Assembly: GCF_018977255.1 (NCBI RefSeq)
Contig: NW_024704742.1
Span: forward strand, 4,528,001 to 4,592,000
Length of the DNA: 64,000 nt
Source: Callorhinchus milii
Lineage: Eukaryota
Reading direction: 5' to 3'
Shown: positions 39,841 through 52,800 of the stretch, one piece after another
How the letters are laid out: every line of letters starts with the position of its first letter
Position numbering within the stretch: position 1 is the first letter of the stretch
The notes under the pieces: model-generated
Told to the model about the DNA's origin: nothing
Databases searched by the model: none
What the model saw: the letters and a program-made list of their open reading frames with translations, nothing else
Program-made: the position numbers and the translations under genes

Positions 39841-41117
39841 AACACCACAAATGGTACCAACAATAACAACAACAAAATTGCATTTGTATACCAAGCTCTT
39901 CACTGGAGAACAAAGAGGAGTATTGAAGGGCTAATATTCAGGAATTGCAAAATGCCTTTGGGAGCAGATGTGTCTGTACATTTGCATCTGCAGAATATAT
40001 AGTATTTATGAATTCAAACTAACCACAGGGAGGGGGGGAAATTGGGCTTTGCTTTGTGCTCCTACTTGGTATAATAATAATCCTCCCATTTGATATCGTG
40101 CCTTTCGTGTCAGGAGATCACCTCAAAGCGCTTCACAGGATATACTCTAAAGTGGAATGAGTGACTGTGTGTTGATGAAAAAGGGCAGGAGAACAGTTGG
40201 TTAAACTCATAATAATTCATTAAAGTAAGTATAAATGAAAAATATGCAAAAGATATTTTTTCAAAAGAAGTACAATACAATTCACACTTATATATCGCCA
40301 TTCCCATTGTGATGGGGCACAGGAGAGGGGGGTTGCAGTCTCCTTCTTGTGACCTTCCAGCTATTTGCTATTTTGACTCCCCTTTTACTGCCATTTATGA
40401 AACAAGAGGGTGAGCAACCGAAGACCTCAGCTTGCATTGCTATGAACCAGCCACCATGAGGTGCCTGAGAGTAACGGAGACAGACTCCAACTTGATCTGC
40501 TTGTGGGGGAAGTGGCCTGGCTGTCTCTGAGCTGCTGACACGACTGAGAAATTGAGAACATGTGGGGGAGGAGGAACCTGTGCCTAAACAGTGACCTTCC
40601 ATCGTGCAAGATTGCATCACACAGTAAAACCACGAGATTAGGTACAGCTACCCACCCTAGAGACACGTTTCCTTTGCAGTGCTCCATGTGTCAGGAGAGA
40701 AAATCCAATCAAAAACTGTTTGATGCAAACACAAAGAAGGCGGCCAGTCACGGGACCCTGACATGAAAGGCCTTTGCTGTTCATTTGGAATCCATGTGCT
40801 GTACCTCGAACAGAAACGTGTCTCTGGAGCCAGCACTTTTAGTGCTTATTCATTTATGCAAAACTATCAGAAGTAGACTTGTCAACCACATGAAGTAACA
40901 TTGAGCTAAATGTCACGCAGCTGGTTAGACTACACCCAGTTGCAGTGCTTGGTATTTGCATACTCACAGACTCACTCACCCACACAGGTTCATACAGGAT
41001 CAGTTCGGATGAAGAAGCGCCTTGGGCCTATATGATCTCATCCTTCCAAAATAACAATCCTGCTGTCCTCCTGTTATGGAATCAAGCCATTTCTTGAATG
41101 AATCCTGTGTCCAGGTC

Positions 41118-41950
41118 TCAACAACAACAATTACATTTGAATAGCGCCTTTCCCGTCGGGAGAGGAAGGAGGGCGATCGAAGGCACGGTCGAAGAGGAGG
41201 GTCTTGAGACACACCTTGAAAGAGGCAAATGAGGGAGCAAGATGAAGGGAGTCAGAGCAGTCGAGCCTACATGTAATAAATGTGTGGATGAGGGTTTTCC
41301 GGGCGATGTTGCGGAGGTGGGGGAAGGCAGAGCGGGACATTGCACGGATGTGGGGTAGAAAGGACAGTTGAAGGTCAAACAAGACGCCAAGGTTCCCGAC
41401 TGGGTCAGTCAGGTGGAGTGTGCATCCCTGGATGGTGATGCTGTCAGTGCCTGAGGTGTGGAGGCGCTGACGGGAGCTAATCAGGAGAGCCTCGGTCTTG
41501 TTGACGTTCAAGTGTAGAAAGTTAGCTCTCATCCAGGACTTGATGTCTGACAGACATTCAGTCAGGACAGCAGTGGTCCTGGAGTCGAAGATGGAGGCAG
41601 AGAGATAAAGTCGGTTGTCATACATGTAGAAGTTGACATAATGTATGCGGATAATGTCACCAAGATGGAGCATGTAGATGTTGAAGAGGAGGGGACCAAG
41701 GACAGAGCCCTGAGGAACGCCACACGAGACGAAGCGGGGCCTGGAGAACAAGCCATTTTTGGAGACAAAGTGGAGACGGTGTGAAAGGTAGGATCTGAAC
41801 CACTCAAGGACAGAACCACGAAGGTTGAGGTGAGAGGAGAGGCAGTGGAGGAGGATAGAGTGGTCGACGTTGTCAAAGATATTGAAGAGGAGAGGACCAA
41901 GGACAGAGCCTTGTGGAATGCACAGCCCCAAAGCACACTCTGGGATCCTC
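41118..41950 (-). mobile_element. L2-clade LINE, RT fragment plus 3' end
   Basis: The ORF contains FDNVDH, WFRSYL, GVPQGSVLGPLLFNIYM, NFLHLNVNKTE and NLGVLFD. The catalytic YADD is degraded (YMYDN). (TTG)n tail. Confidence 0.92.
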
Positions 41951-42299
41951 AAGCAATAGAGGGGAAGAGAGGTTGCACTCCATTATAGGCAAAGGGAATG
42001 TAATCTATTTTTATGCTTTTGTTTTGTTTGATTGATCCCTTTTTCCACTCTACAGTTTGAGTTTTGCATAATTGATAAATATTTTCATTAATCGTATTCG
42101 ATTTTGTTCTTTGTTTGCTTTTGCCGTGGTTTGTAAATTTGTTTTATTTAAAAATGGAGGAAAACTAATTAAAAATCGAATTAAATAAGCTCAGAATAAA
42201 GACACATTAAAGAACAGGAAACAAGCACGTTTAAAACTGAATTGAATATTTCCTGATACATGGCATAAATGTCTTAATATTAGCAGTGAATGTATCTGT

Positions 42300-42817
42300 G
42301 TAATAATAATAATACTTGCATTTGATACAGCGTCTTATCACATCTTCGAAACGTCTCAAAGCACTTCTCAGATTATACTGTGAAGTGAATTGACTTTTTT
42401 TTTAACATGTAGGAGCAGGAGTAGGCCATTCGGCCCTTCGAGCCTACCCCGCCATTCGATCATGACTGATCTTCTTATCTAACTCCAGCTAATAACCTAA
42501 CCCTGCCTTATCCCCATATGCCTTAGACTGTATATTTTATCGGCGAAACGCCACAACCAATTGTGCACAGCAGTGTGCCACAAACAGCTGTGGATGAGTG
42601 ACCAAAGTATTATTATTATTTTTTTTTGGAAGGCATTGTCACCCCTGGAAAAGCGATCTGGCAATCAACTAGCAACCAGGTTCCTGCTTACTGGTAGGTA
42701 AACAGAGACATCCGGAGTATGGAAAGCTGCCTAAGGTTTCGTCCAGCCCGGGAATCAAACCCAGGTCCTCTTGCTTGCAAGGCAAGTGTTGTTCTAACCA
42801 ATTTGCTACAGGACTCC
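42300..42817 (-). mobile_element. SINE subfamily A interrupted by a CR1 3'-end fragment (~42405-42525)
   Basis: The SINE tail and body are colinear on either side of an AGGAGCAGGAGTAGGCCATTCGGCCC-type CR1 end. Confidence 0.8.
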
Positions 42818-44139
42818 TATGTAGTCTAACATTAGCAGTGAACACTTCTGTAAAACGCCATCACGTTACTATCGTCGGGGCCTGGTCAATTGCTTCGATT
42901 TGACCTGAAGGAGGCAGAGTTTCACTGCACATGCAAAATTCCATGAAATAAGCACCTTTTCTCCACCCACACCACTGACATATCAATGCAGCCGGTACAA
43001 CCCGCCCACAGGTTACCGAGCAGGTGATCAGAGGAGAAGCAGAGATCAAGCCAGTGACTCTTTATCATCAATCACTGCTGAAGCTTCCACCTTACTATAC
43101 ATAACGTAACATAACGTATATATAACGTAAATAGGGCAGTGGTTGTGAGCATCACCAAGAGAGGGTGGTCACACTGTTGCCTGTTGCTCCACAGTTGCTC
43201 CAGGTGCTGCAAATCCAGGATAGGCAGCCAAATGGGGTGTTTCCACAACAGCCAAAGCCTTGCAGTTCTGTAACAGAAGCACTTCCTTTTCGGAACTGTT
43301 GCTCATCCTGTTACAGGGCATTGCAACATAGTCCCAGTTTTTCACAAAGTGCCCTGTACAGACTTGTCGATCAGTCCCTCTCCCTCTGTGACTAACTGGA
43401 TCTAGTTCTGGGGAATGAAGTGGAGCAAGGAGAGCAGGTTTCAGTAGGAGAGCATCTGGGCAACAGTGATAACAACATCATTAGGTTTAGAGTACTTATG
43501 GAAAGGGACATGATTGTACCCAATATACTGTAGAATAAAGCAGTATTTACTTACCTGCTATTGCACTTATACACTTGCCTGAACTCACATCAGATCCCTA
43601 GTTTATACCACTCTCACGTAAGCTCAGTTCCTTTTTCTATATATAAATTTGGTGTATCCAATTATTTTGTCTTTAATGAGCTCTCACTGACAATATGCCT
43701 CTCTGCTGCTGGCCTGGCCTCCTTTGGTTGGTTGTCCTCTGGCAACCTGACCGATTGGCCTTGTTCGGGTTACCAGAGCCTTGGCAGTGAGTGTCGGCAG
43801 GCCACCAGATAGTTACTCATCAGTCGGGTATCTGACATCTCAGTGGAGGTGTTTTAGATGGACCAGGAGCAGCAATCCAGGCTGGGTTTCCCTTCCTAAC
43901 ACAGGACGCACAAACCAATGAGCTCCTCCTATAAGCTTCAGCTATAGCCACTACAACAACCACAACAAAATTACATGTGTTAAGCGCCGTCGGGTCTGCC
44001 CCACGTAAACTCAGTTTAAACAATCGCCCATATTTGACCATCCATCACAAGTAATACTGCCACCAAATTACCACATACTAAGCATATTTGGTGAAAGTTT
44101 GCTGCAAAATATCCTGGAGATCCAAAGTAGATGGGTTCT

Positions 44140-44570
44140 CACCTTTCTCAATCTCAGCTTTCCTCTCGCTCTCTCTTTCGACCTCTTCTGAGTTTCAGCT
44201 TCTCTCTCGCGCGCTCCTCAATCTCAGCTCTTTTCTCTCTCTCCATTTTTCCCTCTCAGCTCTTCTTTCTCTCTTTCTCTCCCTCCTCAATCTCAGCTCT
44301 CCTCTCTCTCTGTCTCGCCCGCAAGACCCACAATCCACTTTACGGTAAATCCTGTGAGGCACTTTGAGATGCCTCCACGATGTGATTGCTGCTATATCAC
44401 TTTCACCTCTTCTCTCTCTCTCCCTCCCTCTCTCCTCACCTCTGCTCTCTCCCTCTCTCTCGTTACTCTCAGCTCTTCTCCCTCCCTATCTCTCTCTCTC
44501 TCCTCAGTTCACTTCTCTCTTTCTCTCTCCTCAGGCTTCCCATCTCCCTTCGTGTCATCTCTTCCCTCCC
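44140..44570. repeat. CT-rich low-complexity region with recurring CTCAGCT
   Basis: Seen directly; interrupted by a SINE tail piece at ~44335-44400. Confidence 0.8.
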
Positions 44571-44812
44571 GTGCACCGAAACTATCAGAAACATTCTCAG
44601 AGAAGAGATGGACAAGCTGCTAGAAATGAAATGCTGGGTTATTAGTCAATGAGCTAGGCATGTCAGAGGAATGTTTTGCTGGTGGTTAGATAAACCAATG
44701 GTGATTTCCAGCCTGACAATTTTTTACTGTTTATTACGATTTTACAAGGCGTTTGCATTTTGAAAGGAAAGAAAACACATTCCTGCAATTGCACTTTGAA
44801 ACAATCAGCTTC

Positions 44813-45141
44813 AATAATAATAATAATAATAATCCTTGCATTTGATATAGCGCTTTTCACGTCGGGAGGACGTCCCAAAGCGCTTCACAGAACACACTGT
44901 AAAATGAATTGACTGTATATTTGTGGGCGAACGCAGCAGCCAATGGCGCACAGCAATGTCCCACAAACAGTCGTAGATTGAAAATGACCAATTTAATTAT
45001 TGTTTTTAGTTCTGGAGGGATTATTATTAGGCTCTGTGTGGGGTAAGGAAACTTGCCCAAGGTTTCGCCCTCTGCCTGGAATTGAACTCAAGTCGCTCAC
45101 TTGCAAAGCGAGTGCTCTAACCACTGAGCTACAGGACTCCA
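44813..45141 (-). mobile_element. SINE subfamily B
   Basis: Near-identical reverse copy of 20155-20487. Confidence 0.95.
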
Positions 45142-48100
45142 ATGCCACCCCCCACCTCCCCCGCTTTCAGGATAGCACCCAGTATGGCAGCACCCCACTC
45201 TCGTCCTTTGCCCAATCCCACACCATCTGTCCTTAATCCCTCTCTGAGTGAGGATGCAGCATCAGTCCTGTGCTACAGGCATTCGGTGCTGGAGATTTAC
45301 ATCCACAAGGAGCCCCAGTTAGGCTGCACTGAGCTGACTACACTCAGACCCCTGATCGCCCATTAGAGGAAAGGATCACTTCATCGCATCTGCCTGGGCA
45401 GTGTTTAATCCCAGTTTATAAACGGGCAGTGCTCTAACACGCTACCTCCCAAATCATCAGCTGCGCCTTTTTTTTAAAAGAAATAGAAGAAAAACTTTTC
45501 ACACGAAGCAATTGAATGCTTTCGGCACGGCAGCTGATTAGAAGTCATTTGTTTTGAAAACAAAAATATGTAATATAGAAAGTGTTGGCTTTAGATGGAA
45601 CCTGTCTTTTAGTGTGGATCATCGATTATTTTACTGTACGCTCCAAGTACTTACCGTGTCATCTGAAAAAAACATTAGTAAAATGAAATGTGTTGTGATG
45701 TGTTTGCCTCAAAGATAAACACAGATTGCAGTGATGCAGATCACAAGCATTCGCCCACAAATGTACAGTCAATTCACTTTACAGTATATCTTGTGAAGTG
45801 CTTTGAGACATCTCGAAGACGTCAAAAGCGCTATATCAAATGCAAGGATTATCATTATTTTTATTATTATATAAGAGCAGAAACTCCACCTGCCTCGCGA
45901 TTTACTCTATTCGTGCAGTTTTTAGAATGTCCAGAATTTGGCAAATTGTTCAATTCAGTCCTGACTTTAAAGTCGTTTTCCTGCAGTCCTTAAACGAAAC
46001 TTACCGGAAAAAATTGGTCATTCGCTTCATAATGTCTGTGCGTGTGTATGACATTGATGTTTGTAAATCGGCTGCTGTGTTTGCCTACAAAATACACCGG
46101 CACTACACTTTACAGTAAATCCTGTAAATTGTTTCGAGGCGACTCAGTGATGCGATCAAGTGGTAGATCAAATGCAAGGAGTGTTATACATTTTTCAATT
46201 CAGCTTCAGGAATTTAAGGCTGAATTTGAGAATTTGTCAAATTCTGGATGTTCTAAATTGCTGACTAAAGACATTAAATCTAGATCCATGTAGAATGTCT
46301 TCCAAAACTGGTGCACACACTTAATAATAGTGCAATACTTGCATTTTTGCATTTTGATATCCATACGGACCTATGCGCACACATGCAATAAACATACCCA
46401 CATGTACACACATACTCAATTGCACACACATGTGCACATTCAATCGCACACGCTTATCTCAGACGCATGTAACCACGGACACCCTGATGAGCACAGAATC
46501 ACCGCGAAGTTTTCTTGGCAACCAGTTTGATCGTCTGTAGTGTAAGTGGGTCACCCTTTGAGGCAGATCAATGCTCAGACCTGTCTGTGAGCTCCTCCTG
46601 AAAGTAAGTGCTCCATCAAGTGAGGTGAATCAGCCCCTTTGTTGTGAGGCCCAGAGGCAGGTCTCTGCTTTGAGAACCTGCACACACGCACAGACGGTTC
46701 AGGGAGTACAGTCAGCAATGCGTCCGAACAAGAGGAGCTGTGCCAGAGCACAAGATGAATAAACGCTGTCACTGCAGAAAGCTCGAGACCATGCAGATTC
46801 TGATTTAATCTTTTCATTTAAATGCTACAGGAACAAAATGGAACTGTGGTGCAGATGAGGCAGCAGCTCGACCCAGTCTGCATGGGGAGGGAGGGAGGGA
46901 GGCAGGGAGGGGAGGGAGGCAGGGAGGGTGTGTTGAAAGAGGAGGTGCAAGAACAGTGAGAGCTGAGTGCAAGCTCCAGTATCCTCAGGATGGAATATCG
47001 GAGGAGGAATAATAAGGCAGATATCTCGAGGTCCTGCACGCAATGGGCCCTGGTCACTTATTGAACTATAAGTCATCCACAAGCAGCAGCGCTGGTGTCT
47101 CTCGCAGGCTGACTCACTCAGCGTGTCATTTCCTACTAAGTCGCTGAGTCCCAGACCCGCGTGTCATTTATTCCATGCTATGTTATTAATATGCATTACA
47201 GTTAATCAACAAAGGAGCTGTCTATAATCGTGCCACTGCAGTAAAGAATATTGTAGAACGTCCTGGTGAGAGCTTGCGGAACTGTTTCTCTCACTGTTTG
47301 ATTGTCAAACAGCCCCAACTGCAAGAGGCACGAAAGACAAATACATGTGTGTTGTGAATGTGAGCTGGACACATCTGGAAGCGGACAGCTGATCGCAAAA
47401 TTCAACAGGTTTGTGTTTCAGGTGTGATTACCTTTTATAAGCTTTTATTGTATCTATATCTATATACTATAATGTTGCTATTTGCTTTTTGATATGAATT
47501 ATTATCAATATTGAACACAGTATTTAGTGAGTCCTTGCTGCACGTTGTCATATCCTGCTCCCAATCTCATTGGTGCCTAGATTTGGCGTATGGCCATAAA
47601 CCTGACTAATATCTGTTCAAACCAGCTAATCCAGCCCTTGCCTCACTGGCTGTGATTAGGTCTTCCAGTGCAGGGTTCACACCACAAAGCCAAGAGATGC
47701 TGAGTGCTGTAAAAGGGAAAAGACTTTCTTTGCGGGATGAAAGTCAGCCTGAATACGAACCGCGAGGCTGAACACATATCTTCCTTCCCACTGTGATTGC
47801 CTCTGGCTGCGTTACTCACTGCTAACATTGCTTTCTGGGACTTGCTCACTAGGCTAGATGTCCTTTCTCTAAAGCTCTCTGTTCCCTCAGATTTATTAAT
47901 CATGATGTTCTTTCTCCGAATGCTGTCTGGCCTAGTCAGGCATCTACATCTACTTCATATTACTGATTTGAGGTTATCGCTAGAGCCAAAACCACCATAA
48001 GATCCAGATATGAAAGAAACTGTACTTAACCAGCGAGCAAAGAGTCTGCTGGTCTGTCACCGCTTGTGTATTATCCTCTTGATCATGATTTGCCTGGAAC

Positions 48101-48974
48101 ATGTATTGTAGGATTGCAGAGTGTGGGAAGACTATTTGTGGTGGCCTTCCTCTCACCGGGGAATTGAATTAGTGAATCACCTCTGAAGGCCTAGTACATG
48201 TTCAGTTACGTCCTTCGAGTGAGAAAGAGTTAAAAAAAAAAGGGATAAAACTGAAGGAATCAAAAGAAAATACATGAATTAAATGGAGTTTAAAACGAAA
48301 GAATTAAAGGACATTTGCAAGAGTCAAGTTAAGGGTGCATAATGAAAGGCGATTATTGCTCAGGATTGTGTCATTCAACAAAACATTAACCCCCAAATAT
48401 TAATACAGGCTCATCGAGGTGACAGCAAGACAAGGAGACGTTGAATTGGTGGAAAAAGTCCCTTCAAAGGACACATATAGACATGGGAAGGTGTTTGAAG
48501 ATACTAGGTCAAAAGGAAAAAAACACAATGTCACCTAGAGAGGAATAGACAGTTCAGACAACTGCTAAAAGTCACTCCATCTATTATAAAGAATGACATA
48601 ACTACAATGGTGTCCATAATTGTGATGAATTCTAGTGAAGCAGAATGGTGGACGTACTGCATCCACTTCAACAGCAAAAAACACCCAGTGGCACAATTCT
48701 AGATTTTATCCTTCCAAACATGTGCCTGGAGAGCTATGTAACATGAGGTTGAATTACCAACACTGGCAGCTATTTGTGGTGATGAATTAAAACCATCACA
48801 CAGAATAGTATTGGCACAACATTGAACTGCACTGACATAGCAGTGATTTCTCCTGTAACGTACTGGTGCTGTTAGATTAAATAAGAACAGTGACAAATCT
48901 AGACTGAATACCGCGATTGCACTTCTTAACACTACATCTGATTATTTTAATAGCTTTTACGATGCTCACTCGCA

Positions 48975-49335
48975 TGGTCTAAACTGACACTCCAACACAG
49001 TGCTGATGGTGTGTTGTATTGTCAGAGGTGCCATCCTTTGGATGAGATGTTAAACCAAGGTCCTGTCTACCTGGTCAGGTGGACGTTAAAGACCCTGTAG
49101 CGCTATTCGAAAAGAGAAGAGAGTTTCTCTCTCGGTGTCCTGGCCAACAATTGGCCAAATAAAAATTGGTCACTCGCATCATGGCTGTTTGTGGGACACT
49201 ACTGTGTGCAATTGTGCTGCCAGGTTTGCTCTTCAAAGACACAGTCACTCTGTTTCACAGTAAAATCCTGTAAAGCACTTTGAGATGTCTCTCCAACATG
49301 ATAAGGTGCTACACCAAATGCAAGGATTATCATTA
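48975..49335 (+). mobile_element. DeuSINE, 5'-truncated
   Basis: GGATGAGATGTTAAACC...GGTGGACGTTAAAGACCC...GGTGTCCTGGCCAAC Deu core plus tail. Confidence 0.8.
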
Positions 49336-50389
49336 CCAACGTATTCTAACGTATCTTTCCTGTTTGCTATAAATTATGGCCGATATACTTGTATTTTTAT
49401 TTTCATGTCACAGAGAAAATTCTAATAATAACAATCAAGATTCTTCCCTTTTATTTAGCCACTCTCAGCCAAGGCATCACCCAAAACTTCAGATGAAGAA
49501 AAACTTCCAGATCATTTCCTCCTTCACCCTTCCAGAATATCCTCTCTGCCTTCCTGTTTCAAGTTGGGGGGTTTTTAAACGAATCCGGTGACCTAGCCGC
49601 TGTTGCCTTTCCTGGTAACCTGTTCTATCGTTTAATTTCCTTCTGTATAAAGAAACACTTCCAATACTGGGCTAAAGTTACCGGTCACAACCACAAGTAT
49701 GTTAGGGATGCACGATTCCTCTCACCTATACTCAGGGTCTAACGCTGTAATGTGCGGACATCGGATGAGGGCAGGATAGGGCTCAGTTATGATGCTTTTC
49801 GAGTCGGTGTCGGACACTCACTATCTGGATTCACGTGTGACGAGTTGTTGAAAGGCATTTGGTTTCATGAAATTCTAGCTCAGCAGGAATACCTTCAAAA
49901 AGAAGAGAAAAGATTAGACTGTGTTCGAGTAACTAACGCATCAAAGATGATGTCCTCAAACACATTCGGGAAGAGTGAGGTGTGTTTTGTAATATTCGGT
50001 CAAAGAGTTAATTGAGCAGCAAATTCTAAACAGGTCACTTCATCTCAGTTACAGATTGCAGAGTGACACCAACATCCCTGTGCAGAGCCTTTCGCACAGG
50101 AAGAACATCTCAAAGAAGTTCACAGAAGTGATCGGGGATCACCGAACAGCAAACTTGTAGACGTTGGGGCCACGAGAGAGGCCTAACCACAGATAACAAG
50201 TAAACATCATAATAATCTTTGAAGTTGATACAGTGCCTTCCCGTGTCGTTGAAATATCTCAAAGCCCTTTACAGGATTTTACTGTAAAGTGTAGTAAAGT
50301 ATTTGTAGGTGGACTCAGCAGCCAATTTGTGCCCAGTAATGTCCCACAAGCAGCCAGAAAGAGAGCAGAGGGTCATAGGAAATTAAAAC

Positions 50390-50950
50390 ATATTCCAGTA
50401 CTTTGGAGAGAAAGGCCATGTTGGAGATAGGCTCTTGTTTGATAGGACAAGTTGAAGGTATTTTGTGGAAAGCGGGCATTGACAGCAGTTTTGAAGAGAG
50501 TACGTAAGGTTGCAGAAGGTAGGGTTAATGGTGGACTGAGAAGGGGTGGCTGGCTATTCAGGAATAGGAATGGTAGAAGATTGAGGCAACAAGTGGCTTC
50601 TTGTGGGAGATGAGAGCGACAATAGATACGGCAGAGACAGAGAGAGAGACGCATAGGACAGAGGGCAGAAGTAAGGGATAAGAGTTAAGGGAAAAAGACT
50701 GGAGGGGGAAATTGAAGTAGATATAAATGTAAATTGTGTATTGTATAAGGAGGCTGAGACAGCCAAGAGCCAAGTATCAGTTTAGGACACGAGAAAATCC
50801 ATTTGCATCTAAAGTAAGGTAGGAAAGGCCTACGGGGTTGGGCAGAGTAAGTGGTTGTTGTTGGAGAAGTTTAAGGGTCTCTTACTCTGCAGCTCGGGGT
50901 GGGAGGTGGGGAGTAGGAAGAGGGAGAGGAAGTCCTACTGTTTGATATGA
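50390..50950 (-). mobile_element. old L2 ORF2 fragment
   Basis: FKTAV...PISNMAFLSKVLE motifs with frameshifts. Confidence 0.65.
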
Positions 50951-51775
50951 TCAATCTGCTAGTATCTTTTTAAAAGAAGAGCAAAAAGCCAGCAGATTTT
51001 TTAAAACACCTTTGCCTCTGTTAATCCCTGAAGTCTGGTTCACAGCAAGTTGTGACCAAACCAGTTTGTTTTACAGTGTAACTGTTAGCACTCGCTGTCG
51101 TCTATCGTTGCTCCCACCTCACGGGGCCACTTCAAAGGGAAACAATATATACTGATGGTGCGAACTTGCCCAGTGAAAAGGGTTTAATTGTCAGGAGAGA
51201 TCAGACATAAGAGACAAGAGACACCAGAGAAACAGCAAATCTACTGAGAGTGAAAGTGAGCACAACCATTCCTGTGACAAAGAAATCTGTGTTTCAAAGA
51301 AAACCTGGCATGAAACCACGTGCGAGAACTTGGTAAAATACGTTTGTATAGTTTCTTTTATTTTCATTCTTTGTTAATTTAATGCCTTATCCTCTGGGCT
51401 GTTTTGTTTATATTTATTAAACTATTATAATTGCGAAAATGTTATTGCCCAAGAGATTATTGATAATTTCACCTCATTAGGTGAAACTAGACCGAATTAG
51501 ACTGTGAAACAAACCTCGGTTTGTTTTTTATCAGTTCCAGGCAATCAGAGTTTGTTGTTTCTACCCTTCATTACTCATACAGTAAAACTCACATAAGTCG
51601 TATCAGTCGAGACCATAACATTTAATATAGTTTACGCAAAGTCCAAGTTGCAGACAAACTGGAGAAGTCGTGGAAAATCCATTTTAATCGATAATCTACG
51701 GTTAATTTAATGCGGCCGTTACGTGCGTACGCAGTAATTTGTCATTGCAGCTGGTAAGTAATAATAACAATACTT

Positions 51776-52113
51776 GTGGAGTCCTGTAGCTCAGTGGTTA
51801 GAGCACTCGCTTTGCAAGTGAGAGACCTGAGTTCAATTCCAGGCAGAGGGCGAAACCTTGGGCAAGTTTCCTTACTCCACACAGAGCCTAATAATAATCC
51901 CTCCAAAAAACCAAAAACAATAATTAAATTGGTCATTTTCAATCTACGACTGTTTGTGGGACATTGCTGTGCGCAATTGGCTGCCGCGTTCGCCCACAAA
52001 TATACAGTCAATTCACTTTACAGTGTGTTCTGTGAAGCGCTTTGGGACGTCCTCCTGACGTGAAAAGCGCTATATCAAATGCAAGGATTATTATTATTAT
52101 TATTATTATTATT
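51776..52113 (+). mobile_element. SINE subfamily B
   Basis: Near-identical to 20155-20487. Confidence 0.95.
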
Positions 52114-52385
52114 GCATTTCATACAGCGCCTTATCACGTCTTCGAGACGTCTCAAAGCGCTTCACGGAATACACTGTAAAGTGAACTGACTGTACATTTG
52201 GTGGGTGAAACCCAGCAGCCAATTGCGCACAGCAGTGGCCCACATACCGTCGAGGATTGAGCGACCGTGTTTTTTTTCGAAAGGGATTATTACCCCCAGA
52301 AAATTGATCCACCAATCGATTCACAACCGGGTTCCTACTTACCTCTAGGTAAACAGAGGCGTGTAGAGTCAGGAAACTTGACCAA
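52112..52385 (-). mobile_element. SINE subfamily A, tail-to-tail with the B copy at 51776
   Basis: Reverse-oriented A tail and middle abutting the (ATT)n tail. Confidence 0.88.
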
Positions 52386-52389
52386 CATT

Positions 52390-52800
52390 TTCAAAAGGCA
52401 TTTGATAAAGTGCCACATAAGAGGCTTATAAGTAAAATAGAAGCCCACAGTATTAAAGGGACAGTGGCAGCATGGACACAGAACCGGCTGGGAGACAGAA
52501 AGCAGAGAGTAGGGGTGAACGGTTGTTTTTCGGACTGGAGGGAAGTGTGCAGTCTTGTGCCCCAGGGCTCAGTATTGAGACCACTGCTGCTTTGATCTAT
52601 ATAAATGACCTGGACTTGTGTAGAGGGAGTACAATTTCCAAGTTTGCAGATGATACTAAACTAGGAAAAGTAGTAAACAGTAAGGAGGATAGCAGCAGAC
52701 TGCAAATGGACATAGACTGACTGATAAAATGGGCGGACCCACGGCAGATGATGTTTAATGTGGAGATACGTGAAGAGATGCATTTCGGGCGCAAGAATGA
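52390..52800 (+). mobile_element. CR1 RT fragment
   Basis: [13 protein letters not shown]...VPQGSVL...ISKFADDTKLG. Confidence 0.9.

Noticed and set aside
41131..41952. 273-aa ORF as a functional reverse transcriptase
   Set aside because: Truncated L2 fragment with a degraded YADD motif, internal deletions and no ATG start.
51051..51620. Solo LTR (TGT...ACA)
   Set aside because: No matching TSD and no second copy in the window; cannot be supported.
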